From NCBI RefSeq assembly GCF_009914755.1, contig NC_060947.1: DNA of 64,000 bases. One strand, written 5' to 3'. Made by a program: the position numbers and the translations under genes. Under the pieces are notes generated by a model. That model worked only from the letters and a program-made list of their open reading frames with translations. It did not search any database and had not been told where the DNA came from. This document shows, in pieces, positions 1-10,896 of this stretch (positions within the stretch are counted from its first letter, which is position 1; every line of letters starts with the position of its first letter). Source of the stretch: the human T2T-CHM13v2.0 reference genome, Homo sapiens.

Positions 1-349
1 CAGATGGTCCCCAACTTATGATATTTTGACTTAGGATTTTTTGACTTTACTGTGGTGGGAAAGTGATATGCATTCAATTACCCACACAATCATTTTATTT
101 TTTACTTTCAGTACAATATTCAATAAATTACATGAGATATTCAACACCTTACTATAAAATAGGCTTTATGTTAGATGATGTTGCCCAACTGTAGGCTAAT
201 GTAAGTGTTGTGAGCACATTTAAAGTAGGCTAAGCTAAGCTATGATGTTCAGTAGGTTAGATGTACCGAATGCATTTTCGACTTAAGATATTTACAACTT
301 ACAATGCGTTTATTGGGATCTAACCTCATTGTAAGTCTAAGAGTGTCTG
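1..349 (-). mobile_element. MER47A-like TcMar-Tigger MITE, near full length
   Basis: Terminal inverted repeats (cagatggtccccaacttatg ... gtaagtctaagagtgtctg) followed by TA; internal 'gcccaactgtaggctaatgtaagtgtt' matches recalled consensus. Confidence 0.8.
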
Positions 350-999
350 TACATTTATGTTAATTAAGATTTTATCATTACCTGATCTCTGTCCTCATGA
401 AGCTTACAAGTTGGGGGAGTTTAGTGACAAGCAGGAACCAACTAAGTAAGTCCAGGTGTGGTTAATGCTATAAAGAAGCATCAGACAGACCTTAGGAAGC
501 AGCATATCTGCTGGGCTCACTCTTCACACTTGTATAAATTCAATCAGTGAGGAAACTGTGAACTCAGATGGATTGACACCATCTGTTACTCAAGGCACAG
601 CACGTTCACATCAGTTCCCTTTGCCCCCTAAGTTCTGCAGGGTGATGTGGAAGGGGGCCTGGGTAGATGCTGTGCAGTCAGTGGGTTTGTGTCAGAGCTG
701 AGAAACACTGAGTTGAGAAAACTCCCAGTTGTATATGGGGTCTGCTAGCAAACTTGCCCATCTTCCCCTCCAGAGAGAGATCTCATTATTAACTTGGAAT
801 ATAAGCAGATCTTCTCTGGGGATTGGAAGGAGAATGAAAAGGGAGGAATCTCTGCCTTCTCTATCCTGGTCAGGAAACAAATCTGTGACCCAGGACTATA
901 CTATCTCTAGCTTCCAAGGCCATTTGCTATTGAAACATCCTTGTACAAAGCTATCAGTACTCTTCACTCAGAGAACATGCAGAAACATCTGAATTATCT

Positions 1000-1345
1000 C
1001 CCAACAAGGAAATAAGTGATGTGATACAAGGTAATTGAAGGATGTCAGGGGAATGAGAAGCTGACCCCAGAGTGGATATATGGAGAGGGGCAACTGGTCC
1101 TAGGAAGAACTGGGAAAGGGTGTTTCCAGAGGCAACAACATGAGGTGGATGATGTGCTTGGTGTGTTCAAGGGATGCCAAGAAGAGCAGCATGGCAGGAG
1201 CTGCATGGGCAAGCAGAAAGGTAGCTGGGGCAAATTTGGGAGGGTACAGGAGCCAGGTCATTCAGGGCCTTGTAGGTCGTAGTTTGAGTTGGGAGTTCAT
1301 CAGAAGAGTGATGGGAAACCTGTGCTGCTCTGTAAGGCATGAGTG
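1000..1345 (-). mobile_element. L2 LINE fragment
   Basis: 'gggaaagggtgtttccagaggcaacaacatg...cttggtgtgttcaaggga...cagggccttgtaggtc' resembles antisense L2; boundaries approximate. Confidence 0.65.
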
Positions 1346-1760
1346 ACCTGTATTTTCAAATTACAGCTCCAAACCATGTAGTGGGTAAGTCAGTCAATTT
1401 TGCTGGTCATACGTAGCATTTCATTTTTAAATAATGAGATAGAATAAGACAGAAGATATCAGTGCCTTTTATGTAGTGGAATGCCTTATATAAATATTGT
1501 TTCATGAAACTTTCATTTATTATCAAATTTCAATATTAACTTTTATTAATTAACATTAGTTATATATTATATAATTAATTAGAATTGATGTTAATTAATA
1601 TTGACATTTTTCCCATGTTGACATCTCTTCTAAAGTCAAGATGGGTCTCACAATCAATAGTATCTAAAGTTTGATGAACTATGCTATGAACGTTTTATAT
1701 GTGCATGTGTGAAGTGTATTGCTATGTGGTATTTATTTCTGAGTATGGGTCACAGTCACT
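1345..1760. mobile_element. Old hAT-Charlie MITE (MER112/113-like) interrupted by a MER104-like fragment (~1600-1685)
   Basis: Degenerate similarity to recalled consensus ('gtagtgggt...tcaatttt', 'tattgtttcatgaaacttt', 'atgggtcacagtca'; insert 'aagatgggtctcacaatcaatagtatc'). Confidence 0.4.
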
Positions 1761-4126
1761 ATTTTACCTTCAAAGGCCTAGTTATGGTAGCAAGGTTGGG
1801 GCAGCCTGGGGAAAGTGGAATACCACCTAGAATTGGATGCCCCCATTCTGGGTGGGGTAATTGAGAGAAGATATAAGTAGCCTTGGGCTCTGGAAGCAAA
1901 TAGAGTTGTTTCACTGGCCAACTATACCAGACAAGTGTGATCAAGCCATCAGAGTCAGACATTGACAATCAGATGTAATGGGGCTGGAAGAATACCCTGT
2001 GAACAGAGGGAATCCAGGATCTGACAAGGCTTTTGGGCTCTTCATAGCAGCATGCCTGATTGGTTAAACCAGCAGGAGTGAAGCCTCAGCCTTTAGTGGC
2101 ATATGGTGCCAGGATGGTTACTAAGATGAGGTCTTTGGCATAAAGAACCAGGCTCAAGTCCCCTCACAAAGGATGGAGCAGCCAGGCTGTGGCACTAGGG
2201 AGCCAGCCTCAGGATGAAGAAACTGCTCTTTACTGGGGTCACCTCCTTAACCACTTCTCAACCAGGCCCAACATGTTGTTTGCCTACTGCTTCCTCTTTT
2301 TGTTGAACTCTTAGTTACCTCTATAGAGGAGCCATTTTTTAAAGATATGCTCAGGAAGAGAGCCCACCTGACTCTGCTTTGGGTGTCTAAGGTGAGGGGA
2401 CTGGGTCTCTGGGACCAAATGGAAGTCAAGCTAAGGCCTTTCTAGCAAAGAGGGCAACTGGAGTCCCTGAGTGTTGGGTTGGGTTTACGTGAATCCTATG
2501 TGTATAAATCTGAGTATAATCCCTCTTAGAGCAGGTCTGAGCCTTTGGGTTAGAGCAGGATCGGTTGCTATAAGTAAGAGGAGGATGCTGTGTTTGAATC
2601 CTGGTGTGGCTTACACCATCTCACCTCTTGAGAGGATGAAATGACTGATGAGTGTATAAACCACCATGAGGAGGTTGTGTCAACAAATATAAGGAAGACA
2701 TAAGAATCTGTGTGCCATGGCTTTGAAATAAAGCACTGTACTTCTTTCCCTCTCCAAGGTCTCTCTGATGAAACCCTATCTTCTTTACTCCATCGCAGAC
2801 AGAAAGAGGGAACAAACACTATCTTTTAAGTATTGAACCTAGGCTGCAACTCCAGTCTAGCTAACTTCATCTTTTTAGCTTGATAATGATGTGTAGTTCA
2901 AGTTATGTAACCTTTTTCCAAGGAACTGAATTTAGTCATAACATCATTTGCCAACACGCACTCTAAAATATGCTCTTATTGTCAGTAGATTATGACTAAA
3001 ATTAATCAAATCACTGAAGTCTGTCCATGACCAGTAAATTATCATGTAATAGTTAGTTCTTTACCTAATTCTTTGTTCAAACCATAGCTTCTGCCCTTCT
3101 TTGTGGGCTTTACAATATCAAAAGGCATTTCTTGAGCTTGACAAATTGACACATTTGGCTTGTTTATTAATTGTTTTCAAGGATAACAAAATTTTTAACA
3201 TTATTTTAATGCATTATGGACAGTTTCTGCCAGTCAACTGAAGTGCAATTTGAAAATAAACATGCTACAGATAATTTTTTCTGATTTTCTTGTTATTTTG
3301 GCTTATCTATAACAAATTTCATGCCTTATGTTCTCAAATATCAAGTGCCTAGATTCTTTCACTTAGATTTTAATTGACATGAAACTACATTCATAAATAT
3401 GTATGTTGATACATCCAAATGAATTACCTTTTCTTTAGTCAATATATTTAGGAAGTAATTACTATTACTAATATATTTTCTAATTAGGTAAGATAATGGG
3501 TGTGGATTTTTAAAAATGTATAATAGACTTCTACTGAGCAAAAGCTGGTATTTCATGGTCTTTTAATATCTGTGTACAAGAACAGTTCTACCAATTCAAT
3601 AAAATTCTGTGAAGACAAAAAACAATTTTGTTTGATGCTTTGTCAAAGCTATAAACTCTTAGTGTAATCTCCATTGGGTTTATTTTTATTTCTGTGATGT
3701 TTCCCTCACCCAAAATACAAATTAAAATGTGCCAAAGAGGAAAGTATTTTAAATGAACCCAACCTGTTTTCCTTTATTCTTGAAAAATATTATTTGTTAT
3801 ACAATAATATATGAAACTTTCCTATACTATTTTTAATTTTTTTGTATTAGACTCATGTGTAATACATCTTTTAAAAAGTAATGTTGAATGAATACTGAAA
3901 ACGTAGAGTCTAAATTTTCCAACTCTTTGGGATTGGAATGTATCTAAGCTGAATAACTCAATTTCACTTTGAGGCAGTTTTAACATTGAAGGGAATGCTG
4001 ACAAGCCTGTGGCACAGAAAGCCAAAAAAATTTGCCATCTGGCCTTTCACAGAAAATGTAATCCAACTGCATTATTCAAATTATTTGGTGTTTGTTGTAT
4101 TCATGGAAAGTAGTCTTTAAGATTGA

Positions 4127-4338
4127 AAGTTTGGCATTACTGCACTGAAATGGGGCACTTGAAGTTATTGCATTTTCAGGATATACTGTCTCTGTCACAA
4201 TGACTGAACTCTGCCGTATAGCATGAAAGCAGCCAAGGACAATATGGAAACAAATGAGTGTGGCTGTGTGCCAATAAAACTTTATTTATAAAAACAGGAT
4301 CAGGCTGGATTTGGCTCACCAGTAACTTGCCAACCCCT
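4127..4338 (-). mobile_element. MER58A hAT-Charlie MITE
   Basis: 'gtgtggctgtgtgccaataaaactttatttataaaaacagg...ttgccaacccct'. Confidence 0.8.
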
Positions 4339-4344
4339 TCAAAC

Positions 4345-4507
4345 CTTTGTTATTCAAAGAATAATCTATGTGCTAGAAATATCAGCATTCCCTGAAGCTC
4401 TAAAATGCAGACCCTCAGGCCCCACCTCAGACATACTGAAGTAGAATCTACATTTTAACAGGATTCCCAGGAGATTCATATGAGCCTTAAAGTTAGAGGA
4501 TCATTGC
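4345..4507. mobile_element. MER5A/B hAT-Charlie MITE
   Basis: 'aaatgcagaccctcaggccccacctcagacatactgaagtagaatctacattttaacaggattcccagg'. Confidence 0.75.
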
Positions 4508-5020
4508 CCTAAACTACTCTTCAAGGTGAAGTAACGGGTTACTCCTAGGAAGATGTGTGAAATGAATAAGTATGTTGACTGGGGCTTAAGACTAGGTTTA
4601 GCAGGTGAAGAGCACGCTGTTTCACTGTGGACTTCTAAATGCTAGAATATGGAGACCTTTATCTGGCCCACCAATAATTTTCACTTCCTACTCTAGGTCT
4701 TCTCAGATGGTCTGTTTCATTTCTTTAGAGGAGAATGTCCTCATTTCTTGCCCTGGAAATTACTGGCTATGGGCACTTCTACATGAGGGAATGGGTGGGA
4801 TAAGTTATTTAATATACAGGTGTGTAAGTATTCCTCCTATTTTTTTTATCCATGCTAATGCTACTCAGTTTTGTATTTGGCATTTTTAAGTCTCAAGCTT
4901 GTTGACATTCTTCAAATCAGATCAACTGCCCCATCTATTTTAGATCCCTCTGGTGATATTTAAGCTTCCTGGACTGTGCAGAGAGACTCAATGATGGGCC
5001 ACTGAGGAGTTGGACCACAA

Positions 5021-5239
5021 CAGAGTTTCTTGGCCTCAGCATTATTGGCATTTGGGGCTAGATAATTCTTTGTTGTTAGGTGCAGTCCTGTGCATTGTAA
5101 GGTATGTAACAGGATTTCTGGCTTCTCCTCATTCAATGCCAATAGAATCCCCCACCCCCAGTTGTGATGGCCACACATGTCTCCACATATTGCCAAATGT
5201 ACACAGGGGGATAAAACTGCCCCTGGCTGAGAGCCACCA
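5021..5239 (-). mobile_element. MER20 hAT-Charlie MITE
   Basis: 'ggcatttggggctagataattctttgttg...gtcctgtgcattgta...tgtctccacatattgccaaatgt'. Confidence 0.85.
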
Positions 5240-5367
5240 AGTCCTAGGGGTGCTGAGAAATCTGTGCCTCTCAGGTGTTGTCAGGGCAGCTACAGGCCCA
5301 GGACATGGGCGACCAGCCTCAAGCATTCCCTCTGTTCTTTCAGTGAGGCATAATAATATTAATTTTT

Positions 5368-5648
5368 GCTGGATGCAGTGGCTCACACCTTTAATCTCAG
5401 TGCTTTGGGAGGCCAAGGTTTTCTTGAGCCCAGGAGTTTGAGACCAGCCTGGGCAACATAGTGAGACCTCATCTCTACAAAAAAATTAAAAATTAGCCAG
5501 GCTTGGTGGTGTGCGCCTGTAGTAGCTACTCAGGAGGCTGAGGCAGGAGGATCCCTTGAGCCCAGGAGTTTGAGGCTACAGTGAATTACGATCGCACCAC
5601 TGCACTCCAGCCTGAAAGACAGAGTAAGACCCTGCATCAAAAAAAAAT
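5368..5648 (+). mobile_element. AluJ
   Basis: Dimeric Alu with J-type 'ttgagcccaggagtttgag' in both arms, A-tail, approximate TSD attaattt. Confidence 0.93.
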
Positions 5649-5933
5649 TAATTTCCATCTGAGTCACAAAATGAGAAATTTAGGAAACAAAGTCAAAGTC
5701 ACAACTTCTCCAGGACCTGCAGCTCCATCAGCTCTTCATCATCCCATTACTCCCTCTCTGAGCTGCTGACACATCCTCTATCTGTTCTCTCTGTCCATTA
5801 TCAGTTCTGATTCCATTTTCTTCTTTATTGTCATTTAAAATAATATCTCATGGGAAAAACATGAATATGTATTGTCTGTCTGGCATTTTGAACTGAAATC
5901 TTCACCATAATGTCCTCTAAAGTAAAATGCTAG

Positions 5934-6986
5934 AGATTGGGAAACAAACTGAAGTTTATAGTTTAGAAATCTTTCACATTAGAATTTTGTTATTGCCGTG
6001 TTTTAATTGTTTGGTACATGTAACATTTTAGAAAATTATTACCAAGGGACTTAATTTCTGTAGCTGATCCTATAACTGGCTCATCCCAAGTCAGAGTTGG
6101 TAATATGACTGTTCTTTGTTAGGAAGAGAGCTGGCATTTGCTGAGTTTGTTTGAGTAATAATGGCCCTCAAAAATATTTCCAATCTGATCAAACCTAATT
6201 CATTTACTCTTGTAAAAAGAGTCACTTTATATTATACAGCAATTAAAATATTAATTTTTCAAATATTGAACTTTATTTTCCATTTGGTTATTTACTGAAT
6301 TTGTGGTATGCAAATTTGTAGTTTATTCAATTGACTCTAGTAACAGTTGCCAGAGGGAATAAGTCTGGGTCAGCCAGGGAACTGGCTCTGTAATCTACCT
6401 CCTGAGATGAAAGTACTGCATAGCAGATCTGATTTACAGTTTCATTCAGATAGTTCATCATTTTTCAGAGAGAAAAAAAAAAAAACGATTACATCTAGCT
6501 CAGTGCTCCTGCTAGTACACACTGTGCCTTTGTGAGGATTATAGATTATTTACAAAAGTGGCCCCATTTCTTCATCTTTGCCTTTGTCCATGTTTCTTGC
6601 ACTGTGACTTTTTGGCTCCTCCCATCAATAGTTGGAGTCTACTTCTCTTCCCCTTGAATCTGGGGTAGCCATTTGCCTTGCTTTGGCCAATGGAATGCAG
6701 GAACAGTGATGACATGCCTTCTCTGAGCCTAGTCCTTAAGAAATATTTTTGAGGGCCATCATTACTCAAACAAACTCAGCAAATGCCAGCTCTCTTCCTC
6801 ACAAAGAACAGTCATATTACCAACTCTGACTTGGGATGAGCCAGTTATAGGATCAGCTACAGAAAATAAGTCCCTGGGTAATAATTTTCTAAAATGTTAC
6901 ATGTACCAAACAATTAAAACTAGGCAATAACAAAATTCTAATGTGAAAGATTTCTAAACTATAAAATTCAATTTGTTGTTCAATCT
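5934..6986. repeat. Inverted repeat of non-repetitive DNA: 247-bp arms (5934-6180 / 6740-6986), 559-bp spacer
   Basis: Manual reverse-complement alignment: ungapped, 11 mismatches in 247 nt. Confidence 0.97.
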
Positions 6987-7264
6987 GTTGTCTTTGTCTT
7001 GGAATATTGTGCAGCCCTCATGAGATTAAGCCAGGGCTAGATTGCTGGAAGATGACAGATGACAGATCACATGGGAGAGAAGAGCCATCCCAGCTGAGGC
7101 CACACTAGACCACTAAGTCCTAGCTAACCAAGCATTTGACTGCAGTTGTGTGAGTGAATTGCCAACCTGCAGAGTTGTGAGCTTAGTAAAGATAGATAAT
7201 AGTTGATGTTTTAAGCCACTAAATTTGGGGATGATTTGTCATATGACAAAAAGTAACTAAGACA
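6532..7264 (+). mobile_element. MLT1G-like ERVL-MaLR solo LTR, split by the 6740-6986 insertion
   Basis: 5' half 'ctcctcccatcaatagttggagtctact...cccttgaatctggg...ttgctttggccaatggaatg'; 3' half 'cccagctgaggccacactagacca...ttttaagccactaaatttgggg...taactaagaca'. Confidence 0.85.
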
Positions 7265-7568
7265 GTGAAAATTGGAAAAAGGCACTGCTTTGGGTGGATG
7301 AATTATATAATGGCACCTCTTATTCTGATGCAGACCTTTCTAGAGTACACATTGTTACTATCTCCCTCAGGTATCCTAATGCAGGCTACAGAATTCAGAA
7401 TCGGAAACAATAGCCATGAAATCTAGAGTCAGGTTGCTGCCCTCCACCCTAGGCACAGCCACTTAGAAGCTGTGTGATCTTCAGGAGGGAACCTCATCCC
7501 TGAAAGCCGGTATAGGGCTTATACAGTTCAGGTATTAGAAAGGACTCACTAGATACCACAGAGTGTAC

Positions 7569-8209
7569 TGTAGGTGCCAAGGGAGAGCTTTCCATTTGGC
7601 CCTCTGAAGGTTTGCTGAAAAATCAACTTGCAAAAGGCAGATTAATTGGAGAAAAGGCATACTAATTTACTTAATGTGTACACATGGAAGCCTTCAGAAC
7701 AAAGACCCAGAGATACTGAGGAAATTGTCCATTTTTGTGCTTAGATTCAACAAAGGATGGACAGGAATATAGAAACATGGTTGGACAAATAGAGTATGAT
7801 CTAGTGCTAATGGACTGAGTGGGGAAATCCAGGAAGGCCTTTCTGTCTAGATTCTTCTTGGCATCTCTAAGCAGCCTTCCTTCCTTCTGGGTGTGGGGCA
7901 GAACCCTCTCTGGAATGGGGGGCCTTAGGACCTGCAGCCAAACAAGGTAGGTCAGAGAATTTCTTTATGGCCAGTTTCCACACAAAAAAGCAGAGGAAAA
8001 GTTATAATAGTATTTTCAGGTTTTATGGCTGGCTCTGTGGCAAAGGGGCTCTGGTTTGTATGGCATGCCTTGGGGAAGAGGGATGCTAGTTTGTATGACT
8101 AGCCTCAGGGGAAAATGGGACTGAGAGACAAGAGAGCAGCAGCAGGTCAGAGAAAAACCTTTTCTTCTGAGGCCCTCAGTTTGGGGTATTGCTTTCTGAA
8201 CCCCCAACA
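7569..8209 (-). mobile_element. ERV1 solo LTR, MER39-like
   Basis: TG...CA ends, 4-bp TSD gtac/atac; minus-strand start 'tgttgggggttcagaaagcaataccccaaa'. Confidence 0.8.
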
Positions 8210-8644
8210 ATACGCATGTGAAGCTTTTGTTTAAGGAGAAAAAGGATATGGTGCAGTAAGAGAAAGTAAATGTGGGCAACATCAGGAGTCAGAGAGACTT
8301 TCCAACAACCCAGAGCCCTTTCTTCGTTTCAGCACATAGGGCCAGGCTGAGTCATTGGCTTGAACATCAGGATCTGTGTGCCCAATCTTGGCTTGGGGAG
8401 AGTTCAGAGAAGCTTTCAATGCAAGGGTGCTCCTGAATCTCTTTCGTTATAATCAAGCTAGGCAAACCAGTTAAGGCAGTGCAAACCTGCAGTAAAGTAA
8501 CTTATTAGGTGGGTTGCCAGGACAGTTTCTAACCAAAAAAAAAAAAAAAAACAACAACAACAACTTAAATCTCACTGCCCCTATCTTGGCCAACAGTCAA
8601 AAAGCAGACCTCCGGCACTTTCAGAGATAAAGAAAGCTTTTTCC

Positions 8645-8930
8645 ACCCCAGCTGTGAATCAGTTCTATCTACACAGCCTTATTTTCCTTATTTGTAAAAT
8701 GAGGATAATTATACACCTTTTTACAGGATTCTGTGGGGTTTATATGAGGTGATTCATGCAGAATACTTAACACAAGTACCTGGAACTTAGTAAATATTCA
8801 AAAAATCTTCTGTTACTAATTAAATAAAGAGTACTCAACAAGGAGTCAGCAGCCAGATTTGAACCATGTGACTTTGGACACAGCACTTCAGCTATCTGGG
8901 CCTCAGTTTTCTTATATTAAATTAGGGAAG
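8645..8930 (+). mobile_element. Two MIR fragments
   Basis: MIR core motifs 'ccttatttgtaaaatgaggataat', 'tctgggcctcagttttctta'. Confidence 0.65.
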
Positions 8931-9612
8931 TAATGATTAAGTTACCATATCCCGTGATAATGTCATGATCATCTTTAATGCCCCCAAAGCCAAGTAAGAG
9001 CACCCTTTTATAGTTAGTTCATGCAAGTTAGCATCTAGTAGGTGAAAATGCTAGAAAAAATTACTTTTCTTTATTCCTAATTCCAAGAGGGTAGTGCATA
9101 AATTCTGTGGACAATCTAGTAAGCAATTTTCCAAAGTAGGTTGCCTGAAGGCTCTAGGTTTAGAAAAAGCCATCAAGAAGAGGTTTGAGAAACTTTGGCA
9201 TTGAAAGTCTGGGCATCAGAGAATAATTCTTTTAGGACCACTTTGGTGGTGGGGACGCACTGGATTCATGAACCATTGGTAGCCATGGAGTTTTCCCTAG
9301 TGGTCGGTGGACTGCTAGAGACCTTAGGCTGGGATGTTACTTGCTAGACACCCAAGGAAGAAGTGAGTGAGAAACTTTGTTTGCCGCAGTGCCCTTCTTA
9401 ACTGATGCTTGGTTTCACCTCTGAAACAATATTGACACCCTCGTGATGCTCCCTGATGCCTTAATCCCCCTCATTCTGCCCAAGGTATACCCTCTTGCTA
9501 CCTGTATTCACCCTCTGTGCATCCACACTCGCTAGGGCTAGACACTGAGTGAATGTGTAGCTATTCCCTGCAGAAGGAGCTCATGGCTAGGAGCAGAACT
9601 AATGATTTACAG

Positions 9613-9837
9613 CAGGGATTAGCAAATATTTTTTGTAAAGGGCCAGATAGTAACTATTTTAGACTTTACAAGCCATACAGTTTCTGTCACAACTACTCAA
9701 CTCTGCCATTGGTTATAGCACCACAGCAGCCACAGACCACATGTCAATTAATGGGCATGTCTGCATTCCAGTAGAATTTTATTTAGAAAGTGGGGGCAGC
9801 TGGTTTTGGCCCTCAAGCTACAGTTTCCTGACCCCTG
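9613..9837 (-). mobile_element. MER58A hAT-Charlie MITE, full length
   Basis: TIRs caggg...acccctg; 'tgtaaagggccagatagtaa', 'tctgtcacaactactcaactctgcc'. Confidence 0.88.
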
Positions 9838-10269
9838 GTTTGGCAGAAATAAAATACATATATTGTTAAGGGCTGTGCAACAGAGTGTTTTCGGGATTTC
9901 GTTTTTTTTTTTTTTTTAACATGGAAGGAAAATCTTGTCCATTTTGAAAGTGATATAACATTATAAAGACATTAAGGTTAATCCTCAGAGTGGTATCATG
10001 TCGACATATTTCAGAAAATAACAATAGTAGTCCAGCAAATAACTCCTCCAGGTACTGAAGGTTATATTTGTTCTAGGTGGAAAGCTGGTAAGCCTCTCAA
10101 AATGAGAATGTTGGTAACAAATAAAAGTTCACATCTGAATTAGATCTCTGACACAGAGAACAAAAGGCATTTTGAAACTTGAATACCTATAGAAGCCCCG
10201 TGAAGTGCAAGGCTACTTGAGTTAGAAGCAACAATGAAACTCATCTCACTTAGTTATATGAAACGAATC

Positions 10270-10839
10270 ATATATATATATAATATAATATATATATTAT
10301 ATTACATATAAATTATATAAATTATATATTTATATAATATATAAATATATAAATTATATATTTATATAATATATAAATATATAATATATAATTTATATAT
10401 AGTATATAAATATATAATTTATATATTTATATACTATATATAAATTATATATTATATATTTATATACTGTATATAAATTATATATATTTATATACTATAT
10501 ATAAATTATATATATTTATATACTATATATAAATTATATATATTTATATACTATATATAAATATATATATTTATATACTATATATAAATTATATATATTT
10601 ATATACTATATATAAATTATATATATTTATATACTATATATAAATTATATATATTTATATACTATATATAAATTATATATATTTATATACTATATATAAA
10701 TTATATGTAATATATAATTTATATTATATATAATTTATATTATATATAATTTATATTATATATAATTTATATTTTATATATTATATATAATTTATATTTT
10801 ATATATAATTTATATTTTACATATATATAATTTATATTT

Positions 10840-10856
<17 letters not shown>
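10270..10856. repeat. TA-rich minisatellite with ~10 copies of a 28-bp unit (tatatatttatatactatatataaatta) and internal palindromes
   Basis: Directly visible; almost purely A/T. Confidence 0.97.

Positions 10857-10892
<36 letters not shown>
10857..10892 (+). repeat. (AG)18 microsatellite abutting (AT)n
   Basis: Directly visible. Confidence 0.98.

Positions 10893-10896
<4 letters not shown>

Noticed and set aside
1-20. Window starts exactly at a MER47A terminal repeat
   Set aside because: Probably a coincidence of window cutting; no biological meaning can be inferred.
1765-2560. GC-richer stretch that may be a very old LTR (similarly 27400-28000, possibly a LINE 5' region)
   Set aside because: No termini, TSD or family could be supported by eye.
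4000-4338. Possible micro-inversion splitting a MER58 (sense end fragment at ~4000-4050 next to an antisense copy)
   Set aside because: The antisense copy can be aligned, though degenerate, back to ~4127, so two independent insertions suffice.
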